From a virus (taxonomy: Duplodnaviria > Heunggongvirae > Uroviricota > Caudoviricetes), in IMG/VR virus record IMGVR_UViG_3300042154_004306: a DNA stretch of 64,000 bases. One strand, 5' to 3'. Each line of letters begins with the position of its first letter. Position 1 is the first letter of the stretch. Under the pieces are notes generated by a model that was not told the origin of the DNA, did no database searches, and worked only from the letters and a program-made list of their open reading frames with translations. Of this stretch, positions 39,905 to 49,561 are shown in pieces. Position numbers and translations under genes: made by a program.

Positions 39905-40345
39905 ATGAAAGCAATATTCTTAACAATCATATTATTCATTGGGTTCATGACTCTAGGTCAGAGCCAAACCAAAATAGCGGATCAGAAAGTCGATTCATTA
40001 GTTAAACCTTGGATAGGTAAGCCGTATCGATACGGTGGAACTACTAAAGCTGGAATTGACTGCTCAGGGTTCACTCAAAGAATTTTAATGGATTTGGGAA
40101 TACTTATCCCAAGAACAGCCAAGTCACAATACCGAGAATCAACTAAGGTAGATTTTTGCGATTTACAAATAGGCGATCTACTCTTTTTTATGAGTAAACG
40201 AAGCCCGTCAGGTTGGCATGTTGCATTTTATCTTGGAAACGGGCAATTCGTGCATGCAGCAAACAGAAAGATGGGAGTAATAGTTCAAGAACTATCAGCC
40301 GACGTTAAGCACCAAATTTATTCAATCGGTCGATTTACCAAATAA
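39905..40345 (+). CDS. NlpC/P60 peptidoglycan peptidase with signal peptide
   Basis: GKPYRYGG..GIDCSG, GDLLFF, HVAFY.G.GQFVHA. Confidence 0.9.
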   Translation: MKAIFLTIILFIGFMTLGQSQTKIADQKVDSLVKPWIGKPYRYGGTTKAGIDCSGFTQRILMDLGILIPRTAKSQYRESTKVDFCDLQIGDLLFFMSKRSPSGWHVAFYLGNGQFVHAANRKMGVIVQELSADVKHQIYSIGRFTK

Positions 40346-40346
40346 A

Positions 40347-40370
40347 AAAAACCGCCACTTGGGCGGTTTT
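40347..40370. terminator. bidirectional terminator
   Basis: AAAACCGCC-ACTTG-GGCGGTTTT. Confidence 0.75.
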
Positions 40371-40390
40371 GTCTTTCACAAGAAATTCAG

Positions 40391-40705
40391 TTAAGAATTA
40401 AGTTGTTCTGCTTCAGGTTTAACATCCTCAGCTTTTTCAGCTTTAGGTTGTTTGCCGTTAATCACATTCTTAACTCCAAGTAGTGCAGCACCAATCGTTG
40501 TGAACATCACAGATTGATTGATGATGTCAATCGACTTATCTAGAAACATCTTATCGATGCATCCTAGAAAGAAGCAAAGACCACCGATGAAAATGATATA
40601 GGCTCCAGACGTTGAAGTCGCAGAGGTTTTACCATTATCATTAGAGGTCATTTCACCAAAGGAGAATTTCTTAATGTCTCCGATTTTAGGAAGTGTCATA
40701 GCCAT
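40391..40705 (-). CDS. small 2-TM membrane protein (holin-like)
   Basis: GKTS.T followed by two hydrophobic helices and a charged tail. Confidence 0.55.
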   Translation of the reverse strand: MAMTLPKIGDIKKFSFGEMTSNDNGKTSATSTSGAYIIFIGGLCFFLGCIDKMFLDKSIDIINQSVMFTTIGAALLGVKNVINGKQPKAEKAEDVKPEAEQLNS

Positions 40706-40714
40706 CTATTTTTT

Positions 40715-41530
40715 TTATTTGACGTACTCTTCGAGTGATATCTTAAGGCCGTCTATATTCTCAAGTTCTGACGATGATTCGTCATAGTAATTTTGATATC
40801 GTTCTTCTAAAAGAACTGAGGCCTTTCCGAAGCCCAATTGATCTAATATTCGGATTGCAAGCCAGTCAGCTTCTCTTTCTTGCCGTTCATCGTATTTCGA
40901 AAGACGATTAGATTCATGATGATTGAGTAATGAATGCGAAATTTCATGAGCCTCAATTGCAAGAATGTGATCTTGCGTTAGGTTTTGAGACTCAACCTGA
41001 ACTCCATCTATGAATACTGTTTTTGAATTTAGGTCAGCGAATGCTGTTCCCAACCAGTCAAATATCTTTGCAACATGTCCGTAAAGTTCATCCTCTGGCC
41101 AGAGAACCAAGATCTTCCAACTTGGATCAATCTCACTTCTCCAAACGGCACTAGGCTCTCCAGAAGTTTCATCTGAACTCTCAGTCAAATTGTACTTCTT
41201 CATTTTTGAAGCACGGCGACCGGTTAGGTCTCTCCAAAGTTCCCTAACGTCAGGTTGTGCCAGCGTATCCGCTTGTACCATTGAATAGAACTGGTTGTCT
41301 GAATTTTGCAACATTGCAAAAAATTCTTCAAGTGTCGGTTTCTTTGGCAAGGCTTCAATTCTAGGTTTAAGTCTTCTGAACATTGGAAATAGTTCAGTTT
41401 CGTACTTGTCTCCAGTGTGCGGATTCCTACCAAATTTACGATTAATTCCCAAATCACCAACTTTCTTTAACGGTCTAGGCTGAGCCACGTTTTCAAGTAG
41501 CCAATCATTAAATTTAAGTAATGTCTTCAT
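40715..41530 (-). CDS. HExxH metallopeptidase-domain late protein
   Basis: AHEISH...EREAD. Confidence 0.7.
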   Translation of the reverse strand: MKTLLKFNDWLLENVAQPRPLKKVGDLGINRKFGRNPHTGDKYETELFPMFRRLKPRIEALPKKPTLEEFFAMLQNSDNQFYSMVQADTLAQPDVRELWRDLTGRRASKMKKYNLTESSDETSGEPSAVWRSEIDPSWKILVLWPEDELYGHVAKIFDWLGTAFADLNSKTVFIDGVQVESQNLTQDHILAIEAHEISHSLLNHHESNRLSKYDERQEREADWLAIRILDQLGFGKASVLLEERYQNYYDESSSELENIDGLKISLEEYVK

Positions 41531-41579
41531 TTAGTTTATTTATTAGGCAATCAGATAAATAACAAAAAACACAAAGACA

Positions 41580-41993
41580 ATGATCCATACGTATCAACAA
41601 TGGCTTGATGAATCTGAAAAGGTTGAAGCAGGAGCCGAAACTCCAGCTACGGCAATGCCAGAAATGCCAACTGAAGAAACTCCAGCAATGGACGCAACTG
41701 GTGAAATGCCTATCGATTCAGCTGAGTCTGAAATAGAACAGTATCGTACGCTAGACACGGCTCGTAGAGAAGCAATTAAAGCTTTCAAAGCAAAACAAGA
41801 AGAATTCTTGGAAATCCCAGATGAAACTCGTAAGAATCCAACTGAGGAAGCTGATAAAACTAAGATTGAAACTCTAAAAACCGAATTGATCGAGCTTAAC
41901 CAGAAAATGAAGGATGAGATTAGAGCATGGGACTCTTTTAATTCAATGGCATTGGGACTCAGTGATGACGCTGATTTAGACGATGAGCCTTAA
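41580..41993 (+). CDS. acidic late protein
   Basis: Late motif; MIHTYQQWLDES. Confidence 0.65.
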   Translation: MIHTYQQWLDESEKVEAGAETPATAMPEMPTEETPAMDATGEMPIDSAESEIEQYRTLDTARREAIKAFKAKQEEFLEIPDETRKNPTEEADKTKIETLKTELIELNQKMKDEIRAWDSFNSMALGLSDDADLDDEP

Positions 41994-41999
41994 TATAAA

Positions 42000-42788
42000 A
42001 TGCAGTACTTACTAGAATATAACGACTGGGTCTCACAACGTGAACGAGAACTCAATGAAGATTGGGACCTTGGCGATTGGGCGCATTTAACAGCAGACGT
42101 GGTTAGCGCTGTTGCTGACTCAGTTGTTCCAGGCTCAGGGGCAATAATCGACCTTATTCATTCAATAAGTTATTGGATTCAGGCTGAGTTAACTCAGATC
42201 CCTATTGAAAAACTGTCCCTTGATTTACAAGGAATTGTTACGTTAGGGTCGGTCGTTGCAATCTCAGCGTTTCAGGCAGCATCTGTCTCGTTTAAACTAG
42301 AGATTAAAGCCGTGCTTGATGCCTTTAAAAAGGGTGCTAACCCATCCACAATTAACCTTGCCAAAAAGGCCGCCGCTGGTGCAATGAGCCATGGGCAAAA
42401 GATCTTAACCCTAATTACTGATGTTGCAAAGTGGGTAGGAAGCCAGCTTGCAAAACTCAAGGATTCTACGTTAGGCGTTTGGATAATTGAGCACTTCGGC
42501 TCTTTCAAAACCGGCGTTGATAAAGTTCTTAACTTTCTAACAGTTAATGTGCCAGACTCAATCAGGAAGTTCTTGGCCCTATTGGCTAAATTAAATCCAA
42601 CATCGATTGGTGCAAATGCTGCAGGTGGAGAGGTTGGCGAACTTGCCGTAAAACAGGTTGCCAAGACTTACGCTGCAAATAAGGGCACAAATGCGGCAGT
42701 TAATGCGATTGCACAAACAACTCAGAATACGAATCAGAAAATTGTTCAATTACAGCAGAAAAAAGCAACGCCTCCTAAGAATATCTAA
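42000..42788 (+). CDS. late protein with hydrophobic PT-TG-like segment
   Basis: HLTADVVSAVADSVVPGSGAIIDLIH. Confidence 0.55.
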   Translation: MQYLLEYNDWVSQRERELNEDWDLGDWAHLTADVVSAVADSVVPGSGAIIDLIHSISYWIQAELTQIPIEKLSLDLQGIVTLGSVVAISAFQAASVSFKLEIKAVLDAFKKGANPSTINLAKKAAAGAMSHGQKILTLITDVAKWVGSQLAKLKDSTLGVWIIEHFGSFKTGVDKVLNFLTVNVPDSIRKFLALLAKLNPTSIGANAAGGEVGELAVKQVAKTYAANKGTNAAVNAIAQTTQNTNQKIVQLQQKKATPPKNI

Positions 42789-42803
42789 TTCTTAATATAA
42801 TTA

Positions 42804-43541
42804 ATGGACCAATTAAAATCTCTATATTCGTACCTAAAGAAACAAAAAAACAAAAAAATCGTTTTTTTAACTACCTCAACCAGATGGGAAGGTGAGCCTG
42901 ACTTACCAAAGTCATCTATGATAGCTGATGAATTGGCTGATAGATTTGATAATTGTCAGGTCATTGACGTTGCCAAATTAAAAATCTTTTCATGTGAGGG
43001 AAACGTTTCATCTAAAAAAGGCAATCACTGTGGAGTTAAGGCTGCTAAGTTAGACAATGATAAGCATAATCCAACTGGCAATATCAGATGTTGGGCCTCA
43101 GTTAATAATAAGTCAGACGAAATGTATAAAGTTGCAAATGCAATTTTTGAATCTGATATAATTATATTTTTTGGGTCAGTTCGTTGGGGCAAATTGAATG
43201 CAGTACACACTCGACTAATTGAAAGATTGACTTGGCTAGAAAATCGACACACTAGCTTAGGTGAATCTAACCTATTAAAAGACAAGGAGGCCGGCGTAAT
43301 TGCAGTAGGCCATAACTGGAATGGAAAGGGCGCAGTTGATCTAGAAAAGCAGGTTCTTAAATTCTTTGGATTTAAGACGCCTGACGTATTAACCTTTAAC
43401 TGGCAGTGGACCTCTAATAAGATGGATGAGAGTTTAGCCGGTTATAAAAGAGACTTTCCGGATTTTCTAAAAAGCTTTAAATTTAGTGAAGCGCTATATG
43501 AATCGGTCATGAAGTTTAAAAACTGGATCAGATTACAGTAG
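42804..43541 (+). CDS. flavodoxin-fold NAD(P)H-dependent FMN reductase / Fe-S flavoprotein-like
   Basis: TTS.R..KS, CEG..S...C, DEM, SDIIIFFGSVRWG, LIERL. Confidence 0.75.
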   Translation: MDQLKSLYSYLKKQKNKKIVFLTTSTRWEGEPDLPKSSMIADELADRFDNCQVIDVAKLKIFSCEGNVSSKKGNHCGVKAAKLDNDKHNPTGNIRCWASVNNKSDEMYKVANAIFESDIIIFFGSVRWGKLNAVHTRLIERLTWLENRHTSLGESNLLKDKEAGVIAVGHNWNGKGAVDLEKQVLKFFGFKTPDVLTFNWQWTSNKMDESLAGYKRDFPDFLKSFKFSEALYESVMKFKNWIRLQ

Positions 43542-43558
43542 ACTAACTCAATAACAGT

Positions 43559-43583
43559 AAAAGCCGGACGCCCGGCTTTTTTT
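43559..43583 (+). terminator. rho-independent terminator
   Basis: AAAAGCCGG-ACGC-CCGGCTTTTTTT. Confidence 0.75.
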
Positions 43584-43725
43584 ATGTGATCTGAGACGAC
43601 CTAATTTTCATGTTAGGTTACTATTGACCGATGAGTTAAGGTGTGGCTAGTGTGATCTCGTGTGTGGCCTAAACTGGTTAATTGCAGTGCCAATTTAGTA
43701 TAATATAACTATACCCGCAAAGATC

Positions 43726-44298
43726 ATGAAAAAGTTAATCATCATACTCTTTTTATCATTTGGAGAAATCGCCACGGCTCAGGATCTAAATGATCTCTAT
43801 TTTTTAAAGTTGGTGAATGCTCACAGGGCAAAAAATGGATTGGCTCTTGTAAAATACGACCTGACTCTTGACTCAGCGTGTAAGTTACAGGCAGATTATC
43901 AATTAAGGGTTGATCGATGCACTCACACCCAAGACCCAACGAACGGTACTGATACCCTGTTTTGGTATATTGCAGGCAATCGACTTGACCGAGTTGATGC
44001 GAATTGGACCAGAAGATTTCACAGATATCCAATTGGTGAGAACTGTGCAAAATGGAAGTATGCTGGCCCAGTGTTTCAACCTGAAATGAGAGTGGACACG
44101 ACCATGGTCAAAAGGATATTCGAGATGTGGATACATTCACCGGGCCATAATGCGGTCCTCCTTATGCCAGGCGCAACGGTTGCAGCAATTGAACTTAGCT
44201 TTTTAAGAACTCAAAATTACAATACGATTCTTGATTTGGCCTCTTATGATTTTAGACTGTTTGCAACCTGCTTGCTAATGATTGAACTTAAAAAATAG
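43726..44298 (+). CDS. CAP/SCP domain protein, secreted
   Basis: VNAHR...L, H.Q, GENCA, W..SPGHNAVLL. Confidence 0.85.
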   Translation: MKKLIIILFLSFGEIATAQDLNDLYFLKLVNAHRAKNGLALVKYDLTLDSACKLQADYQLRVDRCTHTQDPTNGTDTLFWYIAGNRLDRVDANWTRRFHRYPIGENCAKWKYAGPVFQPEMRVDTTMVKRIFEMWIHSPGHNAVLLMPGATVAAIELSFLRTQNYNTILDLASYDFRLFATCLLMIELKK

Positions 44299-44314
44299 TC
44301 TGGTCTCCAGGCAT

Positions 44315-44345
44315 AAAAAAACCGGACTCATTGGGTCCGGTTTTT
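44315..44345. terminator. bidirectional terminator
   Basis: AAAAAACCGGACTC-ATT-GGGTCCGGTTTTT. Confidence 0.75.
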
Positions 44346-44363
44346 GGGTATTATCAAAATAGA

Positions 44364-45977
44364 TTAGAATTTTGGACACTTAAGAGGTCCGCCTGGAGCT
44401 GGCATGGTAGGCATGCTCGGTAGGCTAAATCTAATTCGAGGAATTTTGATTGAGATTGATTCGTCCGCCCAGCTTATGTGACCTTTCCATTCTCCGCTAG
44501 GAGTTGCAGTTGCCAAAACCTCGGTTTCAGGTTTTTGAGGAACCTCATAGGTGAAGCTTAGGAAACACATTGAGTATCGCCAAGGTGAATAGATTGCCTC
44601 GTATTCTGGAGTTCTTGCACCTGGCTTGCCGAACTTTGGATCAGCCATTTCCTTGGCGGTCCAAACCGGTCCACGTTCTGGGTCCTCTCTGTTTTTGGCA
44701 GTATTGACAGTTGGGACGACGGTTATTCCGCTGGCAGCGATTGCATCAGCAAGGGCTTTATTAATGGAGGCTAAACGATCCTGAGCGAGTCCAGCATTGC
44801 CGGTTTTTCCATTCGCTGACCTGTACTTTGAGGGGACTCTACTTGTGCTTGAATAACCCCAAGTGCTAATGGCGGTTATTGTACCGCCAGCAGATTTCAC
44901 CGCGTCTACTGCCTGCTCGACAGCCGCATTAATCTCGGCAATCGCTTCAGGCTTAACGGCCACGCCGTTATCCGGAAACATGCTTAAGCCCTTTTTGAAA
45001 TTAGGGCTAGTTTCATCGCCCTTTGGATCTTCCGGATAGGAAAATACCAATGGTGGAGGAGCTGCTTGCGGAACGGTTGTGTCCACCTTAACCGTGATCT
45101 TTTCGTTCTGTGGTGCAATATAGAGATCGGTTGCGGCCATGATTGCCTTCGGCATGTCGAGCTGAACTCCAGCCTTTTGTTTTCGGGCAACATAGGCCTC
45201 AGCCTTTTGTTGAAATAGATCAAGTAGAGCCTTTTTGTTCTCATCATTAATCTGAGTGCTTGCGGCCCAGTAATTATTGACCTGGTCCGGATTGGTACGC
45301 ATCTGTTCCAACCAGTCAATTGAGCTCTTTGGATCCTTGCCCAATTCAGAGGTTGAGTAGTAGGCAACTCTCCAGGCCTTAAGCACCCTAACCAATTGGT
45401 CGTTTGGCTTGGGCTTGTCAAGGTCAGCCGCGATATCTGAGATTTTAAGAGTATCGAACTTATTATCGACTAGGGCTCCTGGAATAAGGGCTCCCAGGAC
45501 CTGAACGGTCTTTGGCACAAAACCCTTAGGCTGTAACTCCTTTAGCTTCCGAACGGCGGTGGCTAACCCCGTAAGTTTGGTCTGGTCAAGGCCAAGCCGT
45601 TGGCCGTTACGAACGATTGAGTCAGAGACCTTATAGAAATCGGTAAGGTTGGCCGTGGCTTGGCCTGAGGAGCCCGTACCCGACCAGTAATAGATTGATT
45701 TTAGGGAACGGGTAGTATCTGTCTTGCGAGCCGAGCCCTGCTTTAGGATTGACCGGATTAGGCCCAGATTACCGGACCCGTTCTTCCACCATTCCATGAC
45801 TGCGGCATAGGCTGGGTGAGCCTTTATCTGAGCGGAGTCAGCGGTTTGAGCCAGGGCAACAAGACCCTTACGGTCTCCGGCCTGATACATTGAGGTTGAG
45901 TCGGAGCCCTCAGCCTCGTGCAGGCCAAGCGACTCGGTCAACCAGTCAGAATAGGACTTTATAATTGAATTTTTCAT
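44364..45977 (-). CDS. late protein with OmpA-like C-terminal domain
   Basis: KSYSDWLTES N-terminus; F.DN...SS...GNAGLAQDR. Confidence 0.55.
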   Translation of the reverse strand: MKNSIIKSYSDWLTESLGLHEAEGSDSTSMYQAGDRKGLVALAQTADSAQIKAHPAYAAVMEWWKNGSGNLGLIRSILKQGSARKTDTTRSLKSIYYWSGTGSSGQATANLTDFYKVSDSIVRNGQRLGLDQTKLTGLATAVRKLKELQPKGFVPKTVQVLGALIPGALVDNKFDTLKISDIAADLDKPKPNDQLVRVLKAWRVAYYSTSELGKDPKSSIDWLEQMRTNPDQVNNYWAASTQINDENKKALLDLFQQKAEAYVARKQKAGVQLDMPKAIMAATDLYIAPQNEKITVKVDTTVPQAAPPPLVFSYPEDPKGDETSPNFKKGLSMFPDNGVAVKPEAIAEINAAVEQAVDAVKSAGGTITAISTWGYSSTSRVPSKYRSANGKTGNAGLAQDRLASINKALADAIAASGITVVPTVNTAKNREDPERGPVWTAKEMADPKFGKPGARTPEYEAIYSPWRYSMCFLSFTYEVPQKPETEVLATATPSGEWKGHISWADESISIKIPRIRFSLPSMPTMPAPGGPLKCPKF

Positions 45978-46112
45978 GTTTTGAAAACTAGTTAATTTTT
46001 ATCAAGGTTTATTTATTCTTTGGGCTCCCAAAAAATGTTTTTTACTCTAATTCGGCTAAAGGTTCAGAGCGAGCGGTACAATAGCCTTATCTTAAACAAA
46101 ATTCATTATAAC

Positions 46113-46397
46113 ATGAGCAAAACAAGCAAAAACACCGCTACAACAGTTGAGGCAACTGTTGCGGTAACCAAGACAGCAAGCCGTAAGGGTATGAGCTACG
46201 CAAAATTAAGCCAAGATCAAAAGCGAGAAATCATCGCCGGCCGTAAAAATCGTGGTGATGGTGCAGTGATCGCAGCTAAAATGGGAGTAACAACAGCCTA
46301 TGTGTCTAGTGTCATTACGGGTCGTAAGGCGAACCCGAAAGTGGTTAACCAAATGTACGACATGGTTAGAGGTCGTAAAGCAAAAGCAACAGCTTAA
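46113..46397 (+). CDS. small basic HTH DNA-binding protein
   Basis: IAAKMGVTTAYVSSVITG. Confidence 0.65.
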   Translation: MSKTSKNTATTVEATVAVTKTASRKGMSYAKLSQDQKREIIAGRKNRGDGAVIAAKMGVTTAYVSSVITGRKANPKVVNQMYDMVRGRKAKATA

Positions 46398-46421
46398 GCA
46401 GAACAACCGGCCTAGACCAAC

Positions 46422-46448
46422 AAGGAGCCCCGTAAGGCTCCTTTTTTT
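46422..46448 (+). terminator. rho-independent terminator
   Basis: AAGGAGCC-CCGTAA-GGCTCCTTTTTTT. Confidence 0.75.
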
Positions 46449-46484
46449 GGGTGGTTAGGCCAGGAGTCCATTTCAGCCGGTCTA

Positions 46485-46907
46485 TCATTGACCTAAATTT
46501 AGTAGTTTGTGTAGTTTTTCTGGAAGCAGGTCGCCGGTTGTAGCATCATACCAGTCGCCGGTGTCAAGGTCCCACAAGAGGTCAGCGTCAAACACCCTGG
46601 CCATCTTGAGCATAATCGCCAGCTTTTGACCAACCTCAGTTGCTGAGTATTCCCCAACCAAGGGCAACTTCCAAAACTGCTTAGGCGACTTGGCACTGGG
46701 CCAGTCACTATAGTAATTACACATCAGGACGGGCTCTCCATTATCCAGCCGCGAGGATTCCAGCTCTCCATTATCCAGCCGCAAGGATTCCATACAGGTC
46801 AAGACCTTCCAAGTTAACTCATCACCTAGCCCAAGGCTTACCAGGCGAATCTTATCAGCTAGGTCAAGGCTCTCCAAAACGAACCCCTTAAATGTCTGTG
46901 TTTTCAT
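46485..46907 (-). CDS. late protein, paralog of 46971..47411
   Basis: Shared ESLD..D..RL..LGL and AR.FDADL.W...W.DA.TG; internal 30-bp tandem duplication. Confidence 0.7.
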   Translation of the reverse strand: MKTQTFKGFVLESLDLADKIRLVSLGLGDELTWKVLTCMESLRLDNGELESSRLDNGEPVLMCNYYSDWPSAKSPKQFWKLPLVGEYSATEVGQKLAIMLKMARVFDADLLWDLDTGDWYDATTGDLLPEKLHKLLNLGQ

Positions 46908-46970
46908 AGAGTTATTTATCGCGAGCCCGGCCCCACCAAGGGGGTCCTGCCGGCGGTGCAGGCACGCCAG

Positions 46971-47411
46971 TTATTCAAGGCCAAGAGCCCGGTGGAGCTT
47001 GCCAATGTGCTCGCCGGTCCGGGCGTCGAGCCAAGTATTATCGGGAATTTTCCATACCAGGTCAGCGTCAAACTTGCGAGCGAGCCTCATGATCTCCGAG
47101 TCCACAATCCGGGGATCTACCGGGCCTTTCCGTCTTGACCTGATCATCTTGTCACTATACCATTCAACCCAATCACGATCCCTCTCAGTCGTACCCGGCC
47201 AGTTCTCGTAGATCCAACAGTGCATATAGTTGTGTAAATGCACGTAGTTTAGCAGCCGGTCCCAGCCGGGTTGACTAAGCCGGTCCCAGTCAACCTGGAC
47301 CTTTAGGACACGGGCCCCATGGTCAAGACCAAGCTGAGCAAGCCTAAGCCGGTCTTCCCAGTCCAGACTCTCGGTCAAGAACTCTGCAAATGATTTAATT
47401 GAATGGTCCAT
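46971..47411 (-). CDS. late protein, paralog of 46485..46907
   Basis: KSFAEFLTES N-terminus; shared C-terminal motif. Confidence 0.7.
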   Translation of the reverse strand: MDHSIKSFAEFLTESLDWEDRLRLAQLGLDHGARVLKVQVDWDRLSQPGWDRLLNYVHLHNYMHCWIYENWPGTTERDRDWVEWYSDKMIRSRRKGPVDPRIVDSEIMRLARKFDADLVWKIPDNTWLDARTGEHIGKLHRALGLE

Positions 47412-47422
47412 ATAGTTAATAT

Positions 47423-47857
47423 TTATAGGGCGTCAGTTGCAAGCCATTGGAGACGATATTCATCATTAAGGGCCTGGTCAAGAAGAACAAGGATATGCTC
47501 CTGAGATACCCCTAATTCCCTAAGTCTTAGGGCAAATGGTGCAAATACCTGGTCAACCAGATCCGGATCCGTCCCATTTGCCTGGGCAACAACGGCCTTT
47601 GCCCTACGGATAAGCTTTGACCTATCAGTAATAAGCTTGGCCATAGAGACGGCCTTGCTCACCGGATTAGGACTAGCGACAAGCACCTTGGCTCTATCCC
47701 GGTCCTTGGGATCCGGAAAATTATGGAGTATGTAAAACAGCTCCCTACCCGATAAGTGCCAAGGAGGTGGTGGATTTCCCAATCCAATACGGTGTAGTTG
47801 AATATGGTCCGAATAGACGCTCTCAAATAGTGAATATGATATGATATAGCTCTGCAT
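47423..47857 (-). CDS. hypothetical late protein
   Basis: Start refined to MQSYIISYSLFES after late motif at 47862. Confidence 0.6.
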   Translation of the reverse strand: MQSYIISYSLFESVYSDHIQLHRIGLGNPPPPWHLSGRELFYILHNFPDPKDRDRAKVLVASPNPVSKAVSMAKLITDRSKLIRRAKAVVAQANGTDPDLVDQVFAPFALRLRELGVSQEHILVLLDQALNDEYRLQWLATDAL

Positions 47858-48448
47858 GGGGTTATTTATATTGGGCACCAGACCCGGGGGAGAAACCGGA
47901 AAAAGTCCAGGGCCGTGACTCCGGGCCCGGGGAGAATTTGCACCGGGTAGAGGGCGACCGCGGAAACCCCGGAACCCGGTCGCATTTGGTCGGGACGTAG
48001 ACCCCAGGCCATGGGGATTTCGGAAAAAAGTAAAGTGCTGAGGTCGCCCTCCCGGAGTCATTTTATTACCTCGGCAAGGTCACTCCTGGAGCACAGCCAG
48101 GCGGCCAGGGGCCACTCCTGGGGTGCGCTGGGGGTCACTACCGGAGCAGACCGGGCGGCCGCCAGGGGCTACTACCGGGGTCACTGCCCGGGTCGCAATT
48201 CCGGGTTACCGGGGTCGGTTCCGGCAAGGTCCGTCGGGCAGCGGGTTGCAGGGTCCGGGTCTGTCCAACCTCGCGAGACCAGGCAGGTCTGTGCAGACCT
48301 GTCCAGAGACCTGTGGAGACCTGTCCAACGTTGCGATTGTCTGACAGACATTGCGGTTTGCGGAGTCCGACTCCGCGGTCTGACCCGGTCTCGAGAACCT
48401 GGAACCTGGTCCGAGTATAAGAAGTTATTACTTAACCCCAGAAAAAAG

Positions 48449-48757
48449 ATGTTATCTGAAAATCTAGTTACCGAATTCTTCAGGATTCTCGAGAAGACGG
48501 GCCGGGACTGGCACCGGGTCCGTTGGGCAATCCGCGGCCTCGAATCCGAAATTCGACGTAGTGCTCACGGTCAACCCTGGTCAGATGAGCTTGAAGGTTA
48601 CCTAGTCTTCCGGATTGGGGAGGCGCTGGCTACCGCCCAGAGTGTGGCAGTAGAGCGGGAGGAGTTTGAATGGGCGCATGAAATAGGGGTCCGGCTCAGG
48701 GAGCTTGGCCACGATCCTGAAAATACGTTAACCGTCAAAGATGCAGAAACAGATTGA
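48449..48757 (+). CDS. UVR-motif protein
   Basis: Start refined to MLSENL; AVEREEFEWAHEI. Confidence 0.55.
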   Translation: MLSENLVTEFFRILEKTGRDWHRVRWAIRGLESEIRRSAHGQPWSDELEGYLVFRIGEALATAQSVAVEREEFEWAHEIGVRLRELGHDPENTLTVKDAETD

Positions 48758-48926
48758 CATGATTGACCGGATTCTCGAGCGGGCTCTGGACCGCAAGGGT
48801 CTAATCGACTGGGCTTGGATAGATTCCGAACTTGCCAGAAAAGGAGCAACCGTGCAGAGACCGGTCTTACATAAACGGGTCAAGGCCCTGCTCGTGACCA
48901 GGGCAAAGAGACATTGGGTAAGATAA
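48741..48926 (+). CDS. hypothetical protein
   Basis: Coupled small ORF. Confidence 0.45.
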   Translation: MQKQIDMIDRILERALDRKGLIDWAWIDSELARKGATVQRPVLHKRVKALLVTRAKRHWVR

Positions 48927-48968
48927 AACCCTAATCCGTAATTTAAAAAAATAAAGAAGAAAAATACC

Positions 48969-49193
48969 ATGCAAAAACTAACAACTCTACTCGCGGCCCT
49001 GATTCTTGCGGTCGGACTCGCTTTTCTAGCCTCAGTACTTATTGCCTATCCGGTCAAGTGGCTCTGGAACTGGCTCGCTCCGGCGATTTTTACCGGTGTC
49101 AAGGAGATTTCTGCTCTACAGGCCTGGGGTCTCGGGTTCCTACTTAACCTCATGCTTCCAAACCGCAATCGGACTGAGAAGAAATCCGAGTAA
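48969..49193 (+). CDS. small membrane protein
   Basis: WLWNWL.P..F...I...QAWGL. Confidence 0.65.
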   Translation: MQKLTTLLAALILAVGLAFLASVLIAYPVKWLWNWLAPAIFTGVKEISALQAWGLGFLLNLMLPNRNRTEKKSE

Positions 49194-49278
49194 TCCGAAA
49201 GTTTAGGAAAAAAAAAAGCCCGGGATTTTTATTTCTCGGGTTTTTTGGTTATATTTGCTTTCTAAATCCAGAGAAAAT

Positions 49279-49440
49279 ATGTATACACTAGATTGCAACT
49301 ATTACCAGAAGGAGTTCCGCACGGTCGACGAACTCTTAACCGACGTTCTCGAGAGCGGTACCGATCCAAACTACGAAATTCTCCGCAACGGCAAACCGAC
49401 CGGCGAAACCGCATGGGACCTCATCGGCCCCGTGGCCTAG
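49279..49440 (+). CDS. hypothetical early protein
   Basis: MYTLDCNYY.. after promoter. Confidence 0.55.
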   Translation: MYTLDCNYYQKEFRTVDELLTDVLESGTDPNYEILRNGKPTGETAWDLIGPVA

Positions 49441-49561
49441 CAAATTTTGCCTTAGCGATCCCAGCCCAGGAGGTTGGGATTTTTTTTTCTAAAAAAGTGA
49501 AAATAAATTTTTTTGTTTGAGAAATTGGTTGTATATTTGCTTTATCAAATTCCAACAAACC

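Noticed and set aside
43584-43693. Possible structured RNA in intergenic gap
   Set aside because: Only short, weak hairpins between a terminator and a promoter; no repeat or covariation support.
46734-46792. 30-bp tandem duplication (RLDNGE twice)
   Set aside because: Simple in-frame duplication; two copies only.
47858-48448. Long N-terminal extensions of ORFs 47423..48061 and 48011..48757, and ORF 48123..48344
   Set aside because: G/P/R-rich translations of GC-rich intergenic DNA; better starts follow promoter motifs at 47857 and 48449.
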